A DNA stretch of 64,000 nt from a virus: IMG/VR virus record IMGVR_UViG_3300037418_001469, one strand, 5' to 3'. Made by a program: the position numbers and the translations under genes. Shown here piece by piece: positions 20,219-31,401 of this stretch; position 1 is the stretch's first letter; every line of letters starts with the position of its first letter. The notes below the pieces were generated by a model. It was not told the DNA's origin. It saw only the letters and a program-made list of their open reading frames with translations, and searched no databases.

Positions 20219-21118
20219 ATGAGAATGAAGAAGGACTTATTAAAAGGTATTGAACTAGGTAGAACTATTGGAGTAGAAGTAGAAGGTTACACTGGAATGT
20301 ATCGTTCAATGGTTAACAACGGGGTAAGACATAGTTCAACTAAATATGATGGCAGTCTAGGACAGTCTAGAGCTAGTCAAGGTATTGAAGTAGTAACTAA
20401 GCCTATTAAACAACTAGATTTGTTAGATGAAGTATTTGAGGATATCACTAAGTATCAGTGGAATGTTGGCAGAGGAAAGGCAGGCACTCATGTACATGTT
20501 GATGCTAGAGACTACAACGTATTAGACAGAATTAAGATGGCAGTATTTATGAATCTGATTGAAAAGGCTATGTTTTTAATGGTGAAAAAGTCTAGATGGA
20601 GTCGCAACAGCTATGGAAGAAATACTTATTGCAGACCTGTTAGTGGTGGTTGGAAAGACTTATTAAATAAGCTAAATACGGACTATCCTGAATTTGACAT
20701 AACCAAATACGGAAATATCGGACCTTTGCAGTATGATATTATTAACAAACGTAATCTGAACTATAACAGACTAATCACTCCTAATACTATTCGCTATCAG
20801 TTTGTGAATATATGGTCATCTAGCCACAATACAATTGAATTTAGAATCTTTCATGCTATCCGTTCGGCAAAAGATGCTAAGCTATTCTCATTAATGGCAT
20901 ACCACCTAGTAGAAATAGTCAAACATTCTACTCTAGAACACTTAGAGTATCTTGCTGATGAAATCATGAATCAATCAACTAGTGCTGAAAACATGCTAGA
21001 AAGATTTTCTCAAGCTATTGGACTTGATTTTATTCCCAAGATTTACAATGCTGATTTAAAAGCTATAATAGATAGAGATAAGCGTGTCGGTGCAAGAACT
21101 TCATTTGTTGCGGTATAA
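20219..21118 (+). CDS. Amidoligase_2-family enzyme
   Basis: IGVEVE, YDGSL, IEVVT, AGTHVHVD, IRYQFVN, TIEFRIF. Confidence 0.88.
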   Translation: MRMKKDLLKGIELGRTIGVEVEGYTGMYRSMVNNGVRHSSTKYDGSLGQSRASQGIEVVTKPIKQLDLLDEVFEDITKYQWNVGRGKAGTHVHVDARDYNVLDRIKMAVFMNLIEKAMFLMVKKSRWSRNSYGRNTYCRPVSGGWKDLLNKLNTDYPEFDITKYGNIGPLQYDIINKRNLNYNRLITPNTIRYQFVNIWSSSHNTIEFRIFHAIRSAKDAKLFSLMAYHLVEIVKHSTLEHLEYLADEIMNQSTSAENMLERFSQAIGLDFIPKIYNADLKAIIDRDKRVGARTSFVAV

Positions 21119-21800
21119 TATTAAACTCTACCCTTCGGGGTAGGGTTAGGGAACTAAATTATAAAATTAAATTATAAGAAAGGTAGTGGACACCATGAAC
21201 GAACAGATGTATAATAGGTATGTACAGTTGATTAATAGACGCTACAAATATGATAACACTAATATGAAAAGATATGGGCTAGTGCTAAAACTTATGGCTT
21301 GGCAATACAATGTAGGTAGAAACAAAGAGGAGGTAATGTAAAATGTACGTTATTCAAAACAGACAAAAGGGTGAGGGCTTCTATTGTGGAATCTTGTATC
21401 ATGGTGAGGTTGGTTATTATACTAGTTTTTTTCCAAACCTCAACTTCAAAGAGGTAAAGAAATATGACACTAAAGAACAAGCTAAATTCGACTTCTATTA
21501 TCTAGTGGACATTTGGAATGTTGACCTTGGATTCCTTGAAATAGTACCTGTTGAATTGGTGGTAAAAACAGATGAATAATGACTATATACTATTGTTCAT
21601 GATGATAGCACTTCTTGTAGGTTCATTAATATATAGGGTGTGGAAAGACGAACAAGATTTTAAGAAGGCACACAATAAGCGTAAAAAGAAAAAGTTTTGG
21701 ATATAATACAATAATAGACTTTAAGGAGGTGATTCTTATGGCAATTAATCTTAAGAAAAAACCTTTCGCAAATTTAACTAAGAAAGTTTTAAAAAAGTAG

Positions 21801-21914
21801 TTGACAGTTGATAACTGATATGATACAATTAAGAAGTGGTAAGGGAGAGGTTATTCTCTCCCACAAAAAAATCTAAAATAAAAGGATGATGTGAATATGT
21901 GTGGAATCAAGTAG
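21801..21914 (+). pseudogene. Orphaned promoter, RBS and first codons (MCGIK*) of the glutamine amidotransferase gene
   Basis: Near copy of 22501-22605; ATG TGT GGA ATC AAG TAG at 21897-21914. Confidence 0.8.
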
Positions 21915-21990
21915 AGCATAAAGTTTCCTCCAATGAGAAGAATATATAATAACGTGGAATTAAATATTATATTCTTAGGAGGAATTAGAA

Positions 21991-22497
21991 ATGAGCAAAG
22001 GTAAACAGTTAAAAAGCAAAGAAGAAGTAGTCGAAAGATTTTGGTCTTATGTAGATAAGGCAGATGGTTGTTGGAATTGGTTAGGAAGTAAGAATAACAA
22101 AGGCTATGGTCAATATCCAACGGTAGTTAAGCATGAAATATTCGACTCTAAGCTAGTACACAGAATAAGCTACTATCTTAATAACGGTGCTTATGATAGA
22201 AAATTAGATGTTTGTCATAAGTGTGATAATCCTTCATGTGTAAATCCTAGTCATTTATTCTTAGGTACTAGGTCTGAAAACATGATAGATTGTGTAGAAA
22301 AAGATAGGCATGATACTAGTAAGAAAGCTAAAGGCGAAAGAAGTGGTAGAGCAAAACTAGATTGGACTAAGGTTAGAGAGATTAGAGAGAAGTATGCTAA
22401 GGGTAATACTTCAACTAGAAAGTTAGCTACAGAATATGGTGTAGACAACAAGGCTATACATGCTATAGTTCAAAACAGAACTTGGATTGAAAAATAA
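21991..22497 (+). mobile_element. Free-standing HNH homing endonuclease with C-terminal HTH
   Basis: CWNWLG..GYG..HRISY..VCHKCDNPSCVNPSHLFLGTRSEN; C-terminal STRKLATEYGV HTH. Confidence 0.92.
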
Positions 22498-22593
22498 CAG
22501 TTGACAATTGAAAGTTGATATGGTAAACTTAAGAAGTAGTGAGGGGGCTAACCTCCTCCTACTAAAAAATCTAAAATAAAAGGATGATGTGGA

Positions 22594-23832
22594 ATGTGCG
22601 GTATAAACGGAATGGTTTTCTTAAAAGGTGTAAAACGTGATGCTCAAATGATGGCTAAAGTACGCTTTATCTTTGATGAATTAATGGTTGAGACTATGGA
22701 TAGGGGCGAACATGCTACTGGATTAGCTAGCTTTAAGCGTGATGGAAGTTACGAATTTCATAAGAAAAATATCAATGCAGATAAAATGACTACAGAAGAT
22801 GAAAAATATCGTGAAATTGTTGCTAACTTTGACGGTGAAGATACTAGTGTAGTAATCGCTCATACTCGCTACATGACTCAAGGAACAGCAACAAACATGG
22901 ATAATAATCACCCATTTGATATTGGCAATATCGTCGGACTACATAATGGTTCGGCAAAGAATGACAATATTCTATTCAATGAATATAAAGATAAGTTTAC
23001 TCGTATTGGTCAAGTTGACAGTGAAATTGTGTTTCAATTAATTAATCACTATAACCAAGATGATATTACATTAAAAGGCTTAACAAGTGCATTGGAGGAT
23101 ACTAAGTTAAGAGGACTATTTGCACTAGCTTTTGTCCACAAGAACAATCCTAATATGTTACACTTAGTTAAGCAAGAAAAACCTATGTACATTGCTTATT
23201 GGAAAGAGGCAGGAATTGTTATTTTCAACTCGATTGACGACTACATTATCAAGGCTTTCCGTAAATTAGAGCGTATAGGATTCTCATTCGGACTAAAAGA
23301 CACCAAGCAAAGTGTAGAGATTAAGAAAGTTACTGATGATAGATACTTCACTGTTAATGCTGATGCTGAAACAGTAGCAGATGCTATTAGTGATGAAGTT
23401 CGTTTGTATATCGAATCTTCTTCTTACACTTATTACAAAAGTGGTGTAACAACTACAACTACTACCACTAATAAGACCACTAAGGCAACTGTTGAAGGTA
23501 AGCGTGAAAAAGTAACTGCTACAGATAGCAAAGGTTTAGTGTTGCAAGGTGAAATTGACACTGCTACAGGTGAGGTTATTATTTGGTCTAATGATGATAT
23601 TAATGATGCTGATGATGGTAGTGGTCTAAATGATGTTGAGGAATTGTCTTGCTTTGAGTGTAATGAATTAATCACAGAAACAGATATAGATGCTAGCTAC
23701 AATCGTGACAATCCAAAAGACGAGTGCATTTGTTTCGATTGCTACACTGAAATCATGAACACATATGTAAATGATATGCTCGATGAAAGAAAGGAAGAAT
23801 CTGTTGATTGCGATGGTCAAAAGATAGGCTAA
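22594..23832 (+). CDS. Class II (Ntn) glutamine amidotransferase with C-terminal Zn ribbon
   Basis: MCGI start, RGEHATG, AHTRYMTQG, NNHPF, HNGS, VDSE; C-terminal CFEC..CFDC. Confidence 0.92.
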   Translation: MCGINGMVFLKGVKRDAQMMAKVRFIFDELMVETMDRGEHATGLASFKRDGSYEFHKKNINADKMTTEDEKYREIVANFDGEDTSVVIAHTRYMTQGTATNMDNNHPFDIGNIVGLHNGSAKNDNILFNEYKDKFTRIGQVDSEIVFQLINHYNQDDITLKGLTSALEDTKLRGLFALAFVHKNNPNMLHLVKQEKPMYIAYWKEAGIVIFNSIDDYIIKAFRKLERIGFSFGLKDTKQSVEIKKVTDDRYFTVNADAETVADAISDEVRLYIESSSYTYYKSGVTTTTTTTNKTTKATVEGKREKVTATDSKGLVLQGEIDTATGEVIIWSNDDINDADDGSGLNDVEELSCFECNELITETDIDASYNRDNPKDECICFDCYTEIMNTYVNDMLDERKEESVDCDGQKIG

Positions 23833-24347
23833 TGTGGAGGGAGTAATCCTTCCTTTGGGATTTAAAATTATACTATAAAGAGGTGGTGCTATGATACACT
23901 TCCATAAGTACAAAGAAGTTGATAGGTACTTAATGTTTACAGGTGAAGATGCAGTTATCTATAAGTGTGAAAAATGCAACAAAGAAAAGGTTAAATACAC
24001 ATTAGAGACTTATATTGGTTTGAAAGATGCACTACCGTATAAAGAGTGGTTAAAATCTAAAAATATATCATAAGGAGTGGTGTTTATGAAATGGATAGCC
24101 TTAGTTAAAATAACAGATTGGCAAATGTTACATTCATGGCATAGCGGAAGTTGTGACACATACAAGTCTAAAGCTAACTTGGAAACAAAAGAACAAGCAG
24201 AAGAATTTATTAATGAAGTGGAAAAACTTTATGAAAGTCATTACAATATCCATCGTAGCGACAGTGATAAATATAGATTAAAACCATGTATTCTAAGCTA
24301 TGATGAATCTCAAAGCGAGAATGTGGAGAACTTCTTTAGATACATGT

Positions 24348-24860
24348 AATCTAAAATTAAACTATAAGGAGTGTTGAATATGATATTAGAGAATAGGTTT
24401 GGTTTATTTGTAGACGATAAGAAAATAATTATTGAAACTAATTGTGATGAAGAAGTTTTTGAAAAAGTTGTTAAATTGGTTGTTGACCATGCTATGTACT
24501 ATAACATAGAACAAGTGCTTGATGTAATTAAATCATTAGGTTATGAAGCTGAGTATCTTGATGATAGCACTAATAAAGATTTTGATTTTTAATCTAAAAT
24601 TATACTATAAGGAGTGCGTGATATGATGGAGTTTACTTATAAGATGAATATATTTGGAGAAAATGACAGCTATATGATACAAACAGATTGTCCACTTGAT
24701 ACATTCAGAAAGGCAGTAGATTTCGTGAGATGCGTAAAAGATTATGATGGTTATACATTGTTAGAGGTACTAAAAGTGACAGGTTATAATGCTGAATTTT
24801 TTGAGCCTGATAATATTACTGGAACATTTAGTTTTTAATCTAAAATTAAACTATAAGGAG
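24348..24860 (+). repeat. Three 24-bp direct repeats at consecutive gene junctions
   Basis: AATCTAAAATTAWACTATAAGGAG at 24348, 24591 and 24837. Confidence 0.9.
24371..24838 (+). other. Tandem paralogous small genes (24371-24592, 24614-24838)
   Basis: IETNC..VF.KVV..V...VIKSLGYEAEY versus IQTDC..TF.KAV..V...VLKVTGYNAEF. Confidence 0.75.
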
Positions 24861-25184
24861 TTGATAATATGACTTTAAGAGAGATAATTAAAAATCAAAT
24901 ATTAGATTCTACAAATGAACTAAATGTAGAACTAAGTAATGAAGAACTAAGGATTGCAATAGCAGGAGTTGAACATTGTGTCAGTGAATGTATGGCTGAT
25001 TCAGTAAGTGATGCAATTTCAGGTGTTCTTTATGATAGAAAATTAGATTCTAATTTCCCACAAGATATGCCTGATTCATTTAAAAATTTCATAAAAGAAA
25101 GGAGCAAATAAAAATGACTTTTAAAATAACTGTTGACAATACAAAACTGATACTGTATGATGTTATTAAAGGAGGAAATACAAC

Positions 25185-25448
25185 ATGAACAACATGACAT
25201 TCGCAGATTATATCAAGATTAAACGTGCAGAAAAGAATCTTTCAAGAAGTGAAATGGCAAGGAGAGCAGGCTTTACTCCCCAATATGCTATGGATATTGA
25301 AAGAGGTAATATGATACCTACAGAAGATAAAATTGAAAGCCTTGTTAATGTTCTTGAATTAGATGAAAGATTAGCTTTTCAATTAGCTGACAAAATTCCT
25401 TTAAGAATATATGAGCAAGCTAAACAGAAATTCTTTGGTGAGGAGTGA
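25185..25448 (+). CDS. XRE-family HTH transcriptional regulator
   Basis: IKIKRAEKNLSRSEMARRAGFTPQYAMDIERGNMIP; own promoter at 25133. Confidence 0.9.
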   Translation: MNNMTFADYIKIKRAEKNLSRSEMARRAGFTPQYAMDIERGNMIPTEDKIESLVNVLELDERLAFQLADKIPLRIYEQAKQKFFGEE

Positions 25449-25452
25449 TTAA

Positions 25453-26013
25453 ATGCCTGTATCATTGGAAAAAGATTTTCCATTTCGATTAGAGCCACAA
25501 GTAATATGTAGTTGCGGTAAAATTATCTATGAAATAGATACAATGTTTTGCTCAGGTTGTGGTGATGTAACATGTGAGAATTGCTACACTGATTGTTTTG
25601 ATTGCGGTAAGATGTATTGTAGTAATTGCTCTGAAAACACTTCACAATGCCTAAGATGTAACATAAACAGTAATATAAAAGTACCTGATGAAAAAGCATT
25701 TCTAGTTATCAATGGAGTTACAACACCAATTAAGAACAGTGCTTTTATGATACAAAAGACCTCACTTGTTAATGCTAGAGACATTAGGCTTACTCTTAAT
25801 GGAGTAGAGTATAGATATACTTATCGTTCATTGACACAAACAGAAAATGATAAAATGATATATGATTACCACTTATATTTTGAAGAAGTAAAACAAGTAG
25901 CGAATATGAACGATGAAGAATTTGCAATAAGTGTGAGAAATGCTTTAAGAAGTTTCAATGAAACGCATGGATTAGCAGATGAATACGATGATTATAGCAC
26001 ATTAGGTTGGTGA
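25453..26013 (+). CDS. Cys-rich zinc-finger protein
   Basis: Six CxC/CxxC pairs in the N-terminal half. Confidence 0.7.
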   Translation: MPVSLEKDFPFRLEPQVICSCGKIIYEIDTMFCSGCGDVTCENCYTDCFDCGKMYCSNCSENTSQCLRCNINSNIKVPDEKAFLVINGVTTPIKNSAFMIQKTSLVNARDIRLTLNGVEYRYTYRSLTQTENDKMIYDYHLYFEEVKQVANMNDEEFAISVRNALRSFNETHGLADEYDDYSTLGW

Positions 26014-26835
26014 TAATATGTCAAAAGGGTACTATGATTGCTATGGATATTTTGCAATAGACCGTCCTCATAACACCTACCCGATAAAAAATGTTGAGCG
26101 TCACTTAGAGTCTATTCTTTCACTAAAGAAGGGTGACGTTCTTAATCTTAAAGGAATTGGTGATTTACAAGTCATAAATTTAAATATTGATGAATATAAT
26201 TATCGTGACAAAGGTAAAGATTGTCTTTATCAAGAGATTGGAATAGTATGTATAACAATATAATATTAAACCTTAGTTGAGGGGGTTGTCTTGTGCTACA
26301 TGTGGTTAGTATGAAAGTGTATGGCATAGATGAAAATGGTGACGATGAAAGGCAATGGTATAAGATTAAGAACGGGGAGGAAGTTCTTAATATGGAATTA
26401 TGTAGCGGTGATAAAATTCTAATAGATGGCATAGGCAACCTAGAAATACTCGGACTTCACTACAAAAGCGAAGAAACAGGCACTCACCCTTACAAGTCAC
26501 TAGAAATAACTTGTGGGTTAATTACAAACGAATAATTTAAAATTAAACTATAAAAAGTAGTTGACAGTTTAAAGTTGACTATGTTATACTTAAAGTACAG
26601 TAAGCGAAGGAGCTGATTGGTATGATAGGTAATTCTAAATTCAACATGTGGACTATAACATATATAAACAAAAAAGGATTACACTCAAATATTGAATGTC
26701 AGGATAAGGCAGAACTCTCTATTGAATTGTCTTACTTACGAGAAAACGGTCAAGATATGGAATACGTCAATGTATTTCCTCCAAAAAGTAACCTTACTTA
26801 TGATGAATTATTAAACTATTAAGGAGTGTTGTTCA

Positions 26836-28137
26836 ATGAGAATGTTTGATTACTTACTGTTTAACGATAGATTGGGTAAATTATCCACTAGAGATTGTGA
26901 ATATTGGCAAATGATGTTCCGTAAGATTCTAAAAGTTGGTGAAGAGTTCGAAGTGCAAGCACCTAGAAACAAAGACTTAGATGATGTGTTTGATACTTTT
27001 AATCGTGCTTTTAATCCTTCTCGCTCTATTCATCATCATGGTCAACATGGTGTCAAAGAAGTAATGGGTGATGGTTCTGTACCTCATGGTGTAGAAGTAG
27101 TAACAGTAGGCAAACGGTTTGATTGGAAAACATTCTATCAAATGAATGAGCATATCATGGATACATTCGCTAAAAATGATATTCAAACTTCACATCATAC
27201 AGGAATGCATATCCACTTACTAGCAGGATATACTAACAATGACATGACAGAATTAGAACGTAATGTACCTGAAATTATTTTAGCTAACTTTTATCAACTT
27301 CACCGTATCTTTGCACCTGAACTATATTGGATTGCTAGTGGTGGAAAAGATGATTATGCTATCACTCGATATATGTTATTTAGACGACCACCATTTGACT
27401 ATTCGGCTACCAATACTGCTATGAGCATTATCAGAGAAGAAATGAACGAACGTTATGGTAAATATCAGATGTTCAACATGAATCATTCTAGATTCAGTAG
27501 GAGAGAGTTGTCTACTTTCCATGTTGAGATTAGACACCCTGACACACACTTGTCTCCTGCGGTATCAACAGCCTTAGTTGCCCTAGAAGTAGCATTGTTG
27601 CATAAAGCAATCGACCTATCTCAATGCGGTATTATTTCTATTAAACAAGATGAGTACGACTTTAAGAAAGCTATCTTTGATAAGTTTGTCAATATGGGTA
27701 CTGGTGACAGAGAATCTGATAGTACCGATTTAGACCAAGATGATATTGAGAACTTGCAATTGCGTACTAGTGCAATGATTCGTTGGTTAAAAGGAGAAAT
27801 CTATAATTTAAATCCAATTGCCTATGACATTCTTAAAAAGATTGCGGTTACTCCATCATCATTAATGAGAATCAACGGAATGTCTTGGAGTCAAATTGAT
27901 GAAAAGATTTATACTCCACGAATGATTGACCGAGAGAATGTTGATAAGCTACTAGAAATGATTGTTCTTCAACAAATTACAGATTGTGGTAATGGTGGAG
28001 AATGGATTGATAAAGCTAGTGAACGCTTGCGACTTCCAATAGAAAAGACCAATCAACTTCTAAAAGATATTCAACTAGAGAAAGTAATGGTCTTTGATGA
28101 TGAACTAGGCTCAATGTTGATGAAACAAATAGTCTAA
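26836..28137 (+). CDS. Amidoligase (COOH-NH2 ligase), long type
   Basis: VGEEFE, GDGSV, VEVVT, TGMHIH, KYQMFN, HVEIRHPD. Confidence 0.82.
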   Translation: MRMFDYLLFNDRLGKLSTRDCEYWQMMFRKILKVGEEFEVQAPRNKDLDDVFDTFNRAFNPSRSIHHHGQHGVKEVMGDGSVPHGVEVVTVGKRFDWKTFYQMNEHIMDTFAKNDIQTSHHTGMHIHLLAGYTNNDMTELERNVPEIILANFYQLHRIFAPELYWIASGGKDDYAITRYMLFRRPPFDYSATNTAMSIIREEMNERYGKYQMFNMNHSRFSRRELSTFHVEIRHPDTHLSPAVSTALVALEVALLHKAIDLSQCGIISIKQDEYDFKKAIFDKFVNMGTGDRESDSTDLDQDDIENLQLRTSAMIRWLKGEIYNLNPIAYDILKKIAVTPSSLMRINGMSWSQIDEKIYTPRMIDRENVDKLLEMIVLQQITDCGNGGEWIDKASERLRLPIEKTNQLLKDIQLEKVMVFDDELGSMLMKQIV

Positions 28138-29053
28138 TATTATATCGCAATTAAAGAGGGCTATGCCCAAGCAGATTAACTTCTCCAAGTCGCTATCCCT
28201 CTTTAATATATAATCAAAAATTCGATTGTAGGAGTGTGTATCATGAGTGAGATTAGAGACAGAATAGAAGAACTGGAAAATAGAAAAAGCAGTATGGAAA
28301 GCATATTAGATTCAATTAATGATGAATTGAATGAACTGTATCAAGTAGAGAGTGAATTAGAATATAATAATAGACTGTAGGTGATACTATGTTTATTGCT
28401 AAAGGAACGAAAGTAAAAGTTGGAAACTCACAGGTAGTACTAAGTCAAGAAACTGGATACTATCAACTAATTGAGCAAGTAGAAAGAATATATCCAATTT
28501 TAAAAGTAGTAGGTTTTAGATTTATTAGCAAAGACACAATGGTTTTATTGACAACAGAAAAAGAAGGTGATAGTGTGGTAATCCCAAAAGGAACGACTGT
28601 TTCATTTGTTGCTAATGGAGAACTTCAAAAGTATGAATTAGAAATGAATGCTACTATTGATATGGTCGAAGAGTCTATCTTAGAATGGTTTGAAGGCTAT
28701 AGAGAAGAGTCTTTATGCTTCAACGGTATAAACTACATGTTTCCTAATATAGCGTCAGGATATGCGATTATTGAAGGCAAGATGGCAGAACGTTTTGAAG
28801 AAGAAAATAAAAAAACATACTTTTCAATGAAAGATGTAAAAAATGTACTTACGCTTGGGGTAAGAAAAGGTGACACATTGCACCTAAAAGGTTACTCTAG
28901 CTTTAAAGTATCTAGTGTTGACTTTGGCAATAATATGATTTGCCTTTCACTTGAGTAAAAAATTTAAAAAAGTAGTTGACAACTGACATTGGATAGTGTA
29001 ATATAAAGGTATAGCAAAAAACAAAATTTGAAAAACGAAAGAGGTAATGTGAA

Positions 29054-30172
29054 ATGTGTGGAATCTTCGGCTTAATGATGTACTCAAAACAACGTACAAA
29101 GGAAGAATTACGATTCATTAAGGAATTAGCGACAGAACTAGCTATTGAAAATCAGGCTCGTGGCACTCACGCAACTGGTATTGCTACATTCGGAAAAAAT
29201 GGCAATGATGTACTAAAGCACAACGTATCTGCTGATGAACTTACAAGCTATGCTACATGGTGGAATTTCTTAGATAAGAATATTAGTGATAATACTTACA
29301 ATATCCTTGGTCATACTAGATATGCAACTCAAGGCTCTCCTGATAACAATGATAATAACCATCCTATCGTGACAGCTAGTGCAATTGGTATTCACAACGG
29401 TTGGATTAATAATGATGATAGCTTATTCAACAAAGAGAATTTGTTTAGGCAAGCAGAAGTTGATAGTGAAGTAATTTTTCGACTAGCTGATAAAGAAATT
29501 GGCAATGACAGAGAGAATACAAAGACAATGGCAGAAAAACTAGCAGGAGTGTACGCAGTAGCATTTGTTAAAAAGAATGAACCACATATCCTTAACTGGT
29601 TTAGAAACAACAACCCTACTACATTCGCTTATATTCCTGAATTAAATATCACTGTATTTGCTAGTCTACAAGCATACATTAAGAGTGCAATTGCTACAGT
29701 AAATGCCTCTGTATACTATGAAACAGGATTCTCAGTAAGTGAGCAAATTGAATACTTCTCACCTATTCAAGATACTATCATGCAATTCGATGTAACTGAA
29801 AACACTCCTATCCAACAACTAGCACAAGAACCTTTACGATTTCAAGAATCATACGATTACTCATATGGTGGTTATGGCTATAGCAAAGGTGCTTGGTTTG
29901 ATGAAGAGTGGTACGACTACCGCACTGACAGACAACAAGAAGAAGAACATGCTAATTCAATTGAAAGCATTTATGAATTTATCGAAGAAAAGAATCTAGA
30001 ATATTTTATGAGTACTGATGAATATGCTGAAATGATTGAATTGCTAGACCAAAATGAAAAAAACGAATGGTCTAAAGGCTATAAGGCAGGAAGAGAATCT
30101 ACTGAAAACGAAATTAAACTACTCAAAGAACAAGTCAGAACATTATCGCTAGGAGCTAAACTAGCTAACTAA
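29054..30172 (+). CDS. Class II glutamine amidotransferase (second paralog)
   Basis: MCGIFG, RGTHATG, GHTRYATQG, NNHPI, HNGWI, VDSEV. Confidence 0.92.
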   Translation: MCGIFGLMMYSKQRTKEELRFIKELATELAIENQARGTHATGIATFGKNGNDVLKHNVSADELTSYATWWNFLDKNISDNTYNILGHTRYATQGSPDNNDNNHPIVTASAIGIHNGWINNDDSLFNKENLFRQAEVDSEVIFRLADKEIGNDRENTKTMAEKLAGVYAVAFVKKNEPHILNWFRNNNPTTFAYIPELNITVFASLQAYIKSAIATVNASVYYETGFSVSEQIEYFSPIQDTIMQFDVTENTPIQQLAQEPLRFQESYDYSYGGYGYSKGAWFDEEWYDYRTDRQQEEEHANSIESIYEFIEEKNLEYFMSTDEYAEMIELLDQNEKNEWSKGYKAGRESTENEIKLLKEQVRTLSLGAKLAN

Positions 30173-30206
30173 TCTAATAATATATCTTAAAGGAGCGTGT
30201 TGTGTA

Positions 30207-31289
30207 ATGCCAATTAATAGAATCCCTAGACCTCGACGAACAGAAGAACGAGTCGAGTATATTAGCCGAGAAACAGCAGACCAATGTTTGGTTGATTATT
30301 GTGAGGAGTTTGACATTAACCTAAATAGAATACCTCATGAGAATATTGGTTCATTTCTTAATGAAATTAGATACACTCCTTTAGATGTACCAACAGAGGC
30401 AGTGGCAGAAATTTGTGGAATTACACCCGAAGACTATATATCAGAAACTCCTATTGTTGAAAGCCTTAATGATTTTGAAAATGATTTTGAACAGTGGTAT
30501 TCAACTGTTATAAATAATAGTCGCCCTGCTAGGATTAGTAATAATTTCGCAGAACTAAGGCAGGAAGCAAATGCTAGTCAAAATACTGCAATTCCAATTA
30601 GTTTTGCTGATATTGCGGTATCTACCCCAATTTTTCAAACCACAATGGCTAAGAAAAAGAAAAAGCCACAAAGGAGTGAAAGAGAGATAATGATGGAGAT
30701 TATTAGAGGAGAGAATTTTCCTAAGCCTAACTTTAAAGATTGGTCATCTAGAAAAGAACTACAAGATATTGTTAACGATTGGTTTAGGAATATTGAATAT
30801 CGTGAGCAATGGATTTTTTCTAGAAGAGAGCGTGAAGGATTCAATAGACGAAATGTTGGAATGTTCAATCTTGATGATGTAATGGCTCGTATGACGAAAC
30901 GTAAAAACGGACACCCACTTGATACTGAAAAGAGTAAGTTTTACGATTGGAAATTAGGTGGAACTGATTGGACACTTCGACTTGAGTTATATCAACATGA
31001 ACAATACTACTTCTTAATTAGTCGCTATATTCACAAGCCTACACACGCAGAGATTAAGTATGATGTACGCTATTGGAGTGGTAACAGTTTTCAGGTAATC
31101 AATACATTAGTTTCAAACGAAAAAGGTCACGAATTACAATTTGAAATGGCATTCGGTAGTAACAATCCTGACAGTGATTACTATGTTGAGCCTCATGATG
31201 GTAATGATGATGATTTTTATGATAGTCCTTTTTATTACACAAGAGAGTCTGACGATGATTGCTTAGAAGAACCGTGGGAAGACGATTGA
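30207..31289 (+). CDS. Hypothetical protein with acidic termini
   Basis: 360-aa ORF with GGAG RBS directly after the amidotransferase; no motif recognised. Confidence 0.7.
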   Translation: MPINRIPRPRRTEERVEYISRETADQCLVDYCEEFDINLNRIPHENIGSFLNEIRYTPLDVPTEAVAEICGITPEDYISETPIVESLNDFENDFEQWYSTVINNSRPARISNNFAELRQEANASQNTAIPISFADIAVSTPIFQTTMAKKKKKPQRSEREIMMEIIRGENFPKPNFKDWSSRKELQDIVNDWFRNIEYREQWIFSRREREGFNRRNVGMFNLDDVMARMTKRKNGHPLDTEKSKFYDWKLGGTDWTLRLELYQHEQYYFLISRYIHKPTHAEIKYDVRYWSGNSFQVINTLVSNEKGHELQFEMAFGSNNPDSDYYVEPHDGNDDDFYDSPFYYTRESDDDCLEEPWEDD

Positions 31290-31401
31290 TATCTTCCCTC
31301 TCTTGGGATTAAAATATAAAATTATAATCTAAAATTATATTTAAAAATTAAGTTGACAACTAACAACATATGTAGTAAAATTACATTAGAGGTGATAGCT
31401 T

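Noticed and set aside
21897-22605. Group I intron carrying the HNH gene within the GATase
   Set aside because: The downstream copy has its own promoter, RBS and MCGI start so splicing is unnecessary; no room for a ribozyme core
22594-30172. glmS, purF or asnB assignments for the amidotransferases
   Set aside because: Only the Ntn glutaminase domain is present; no SIS, PRTase or synthetase domain
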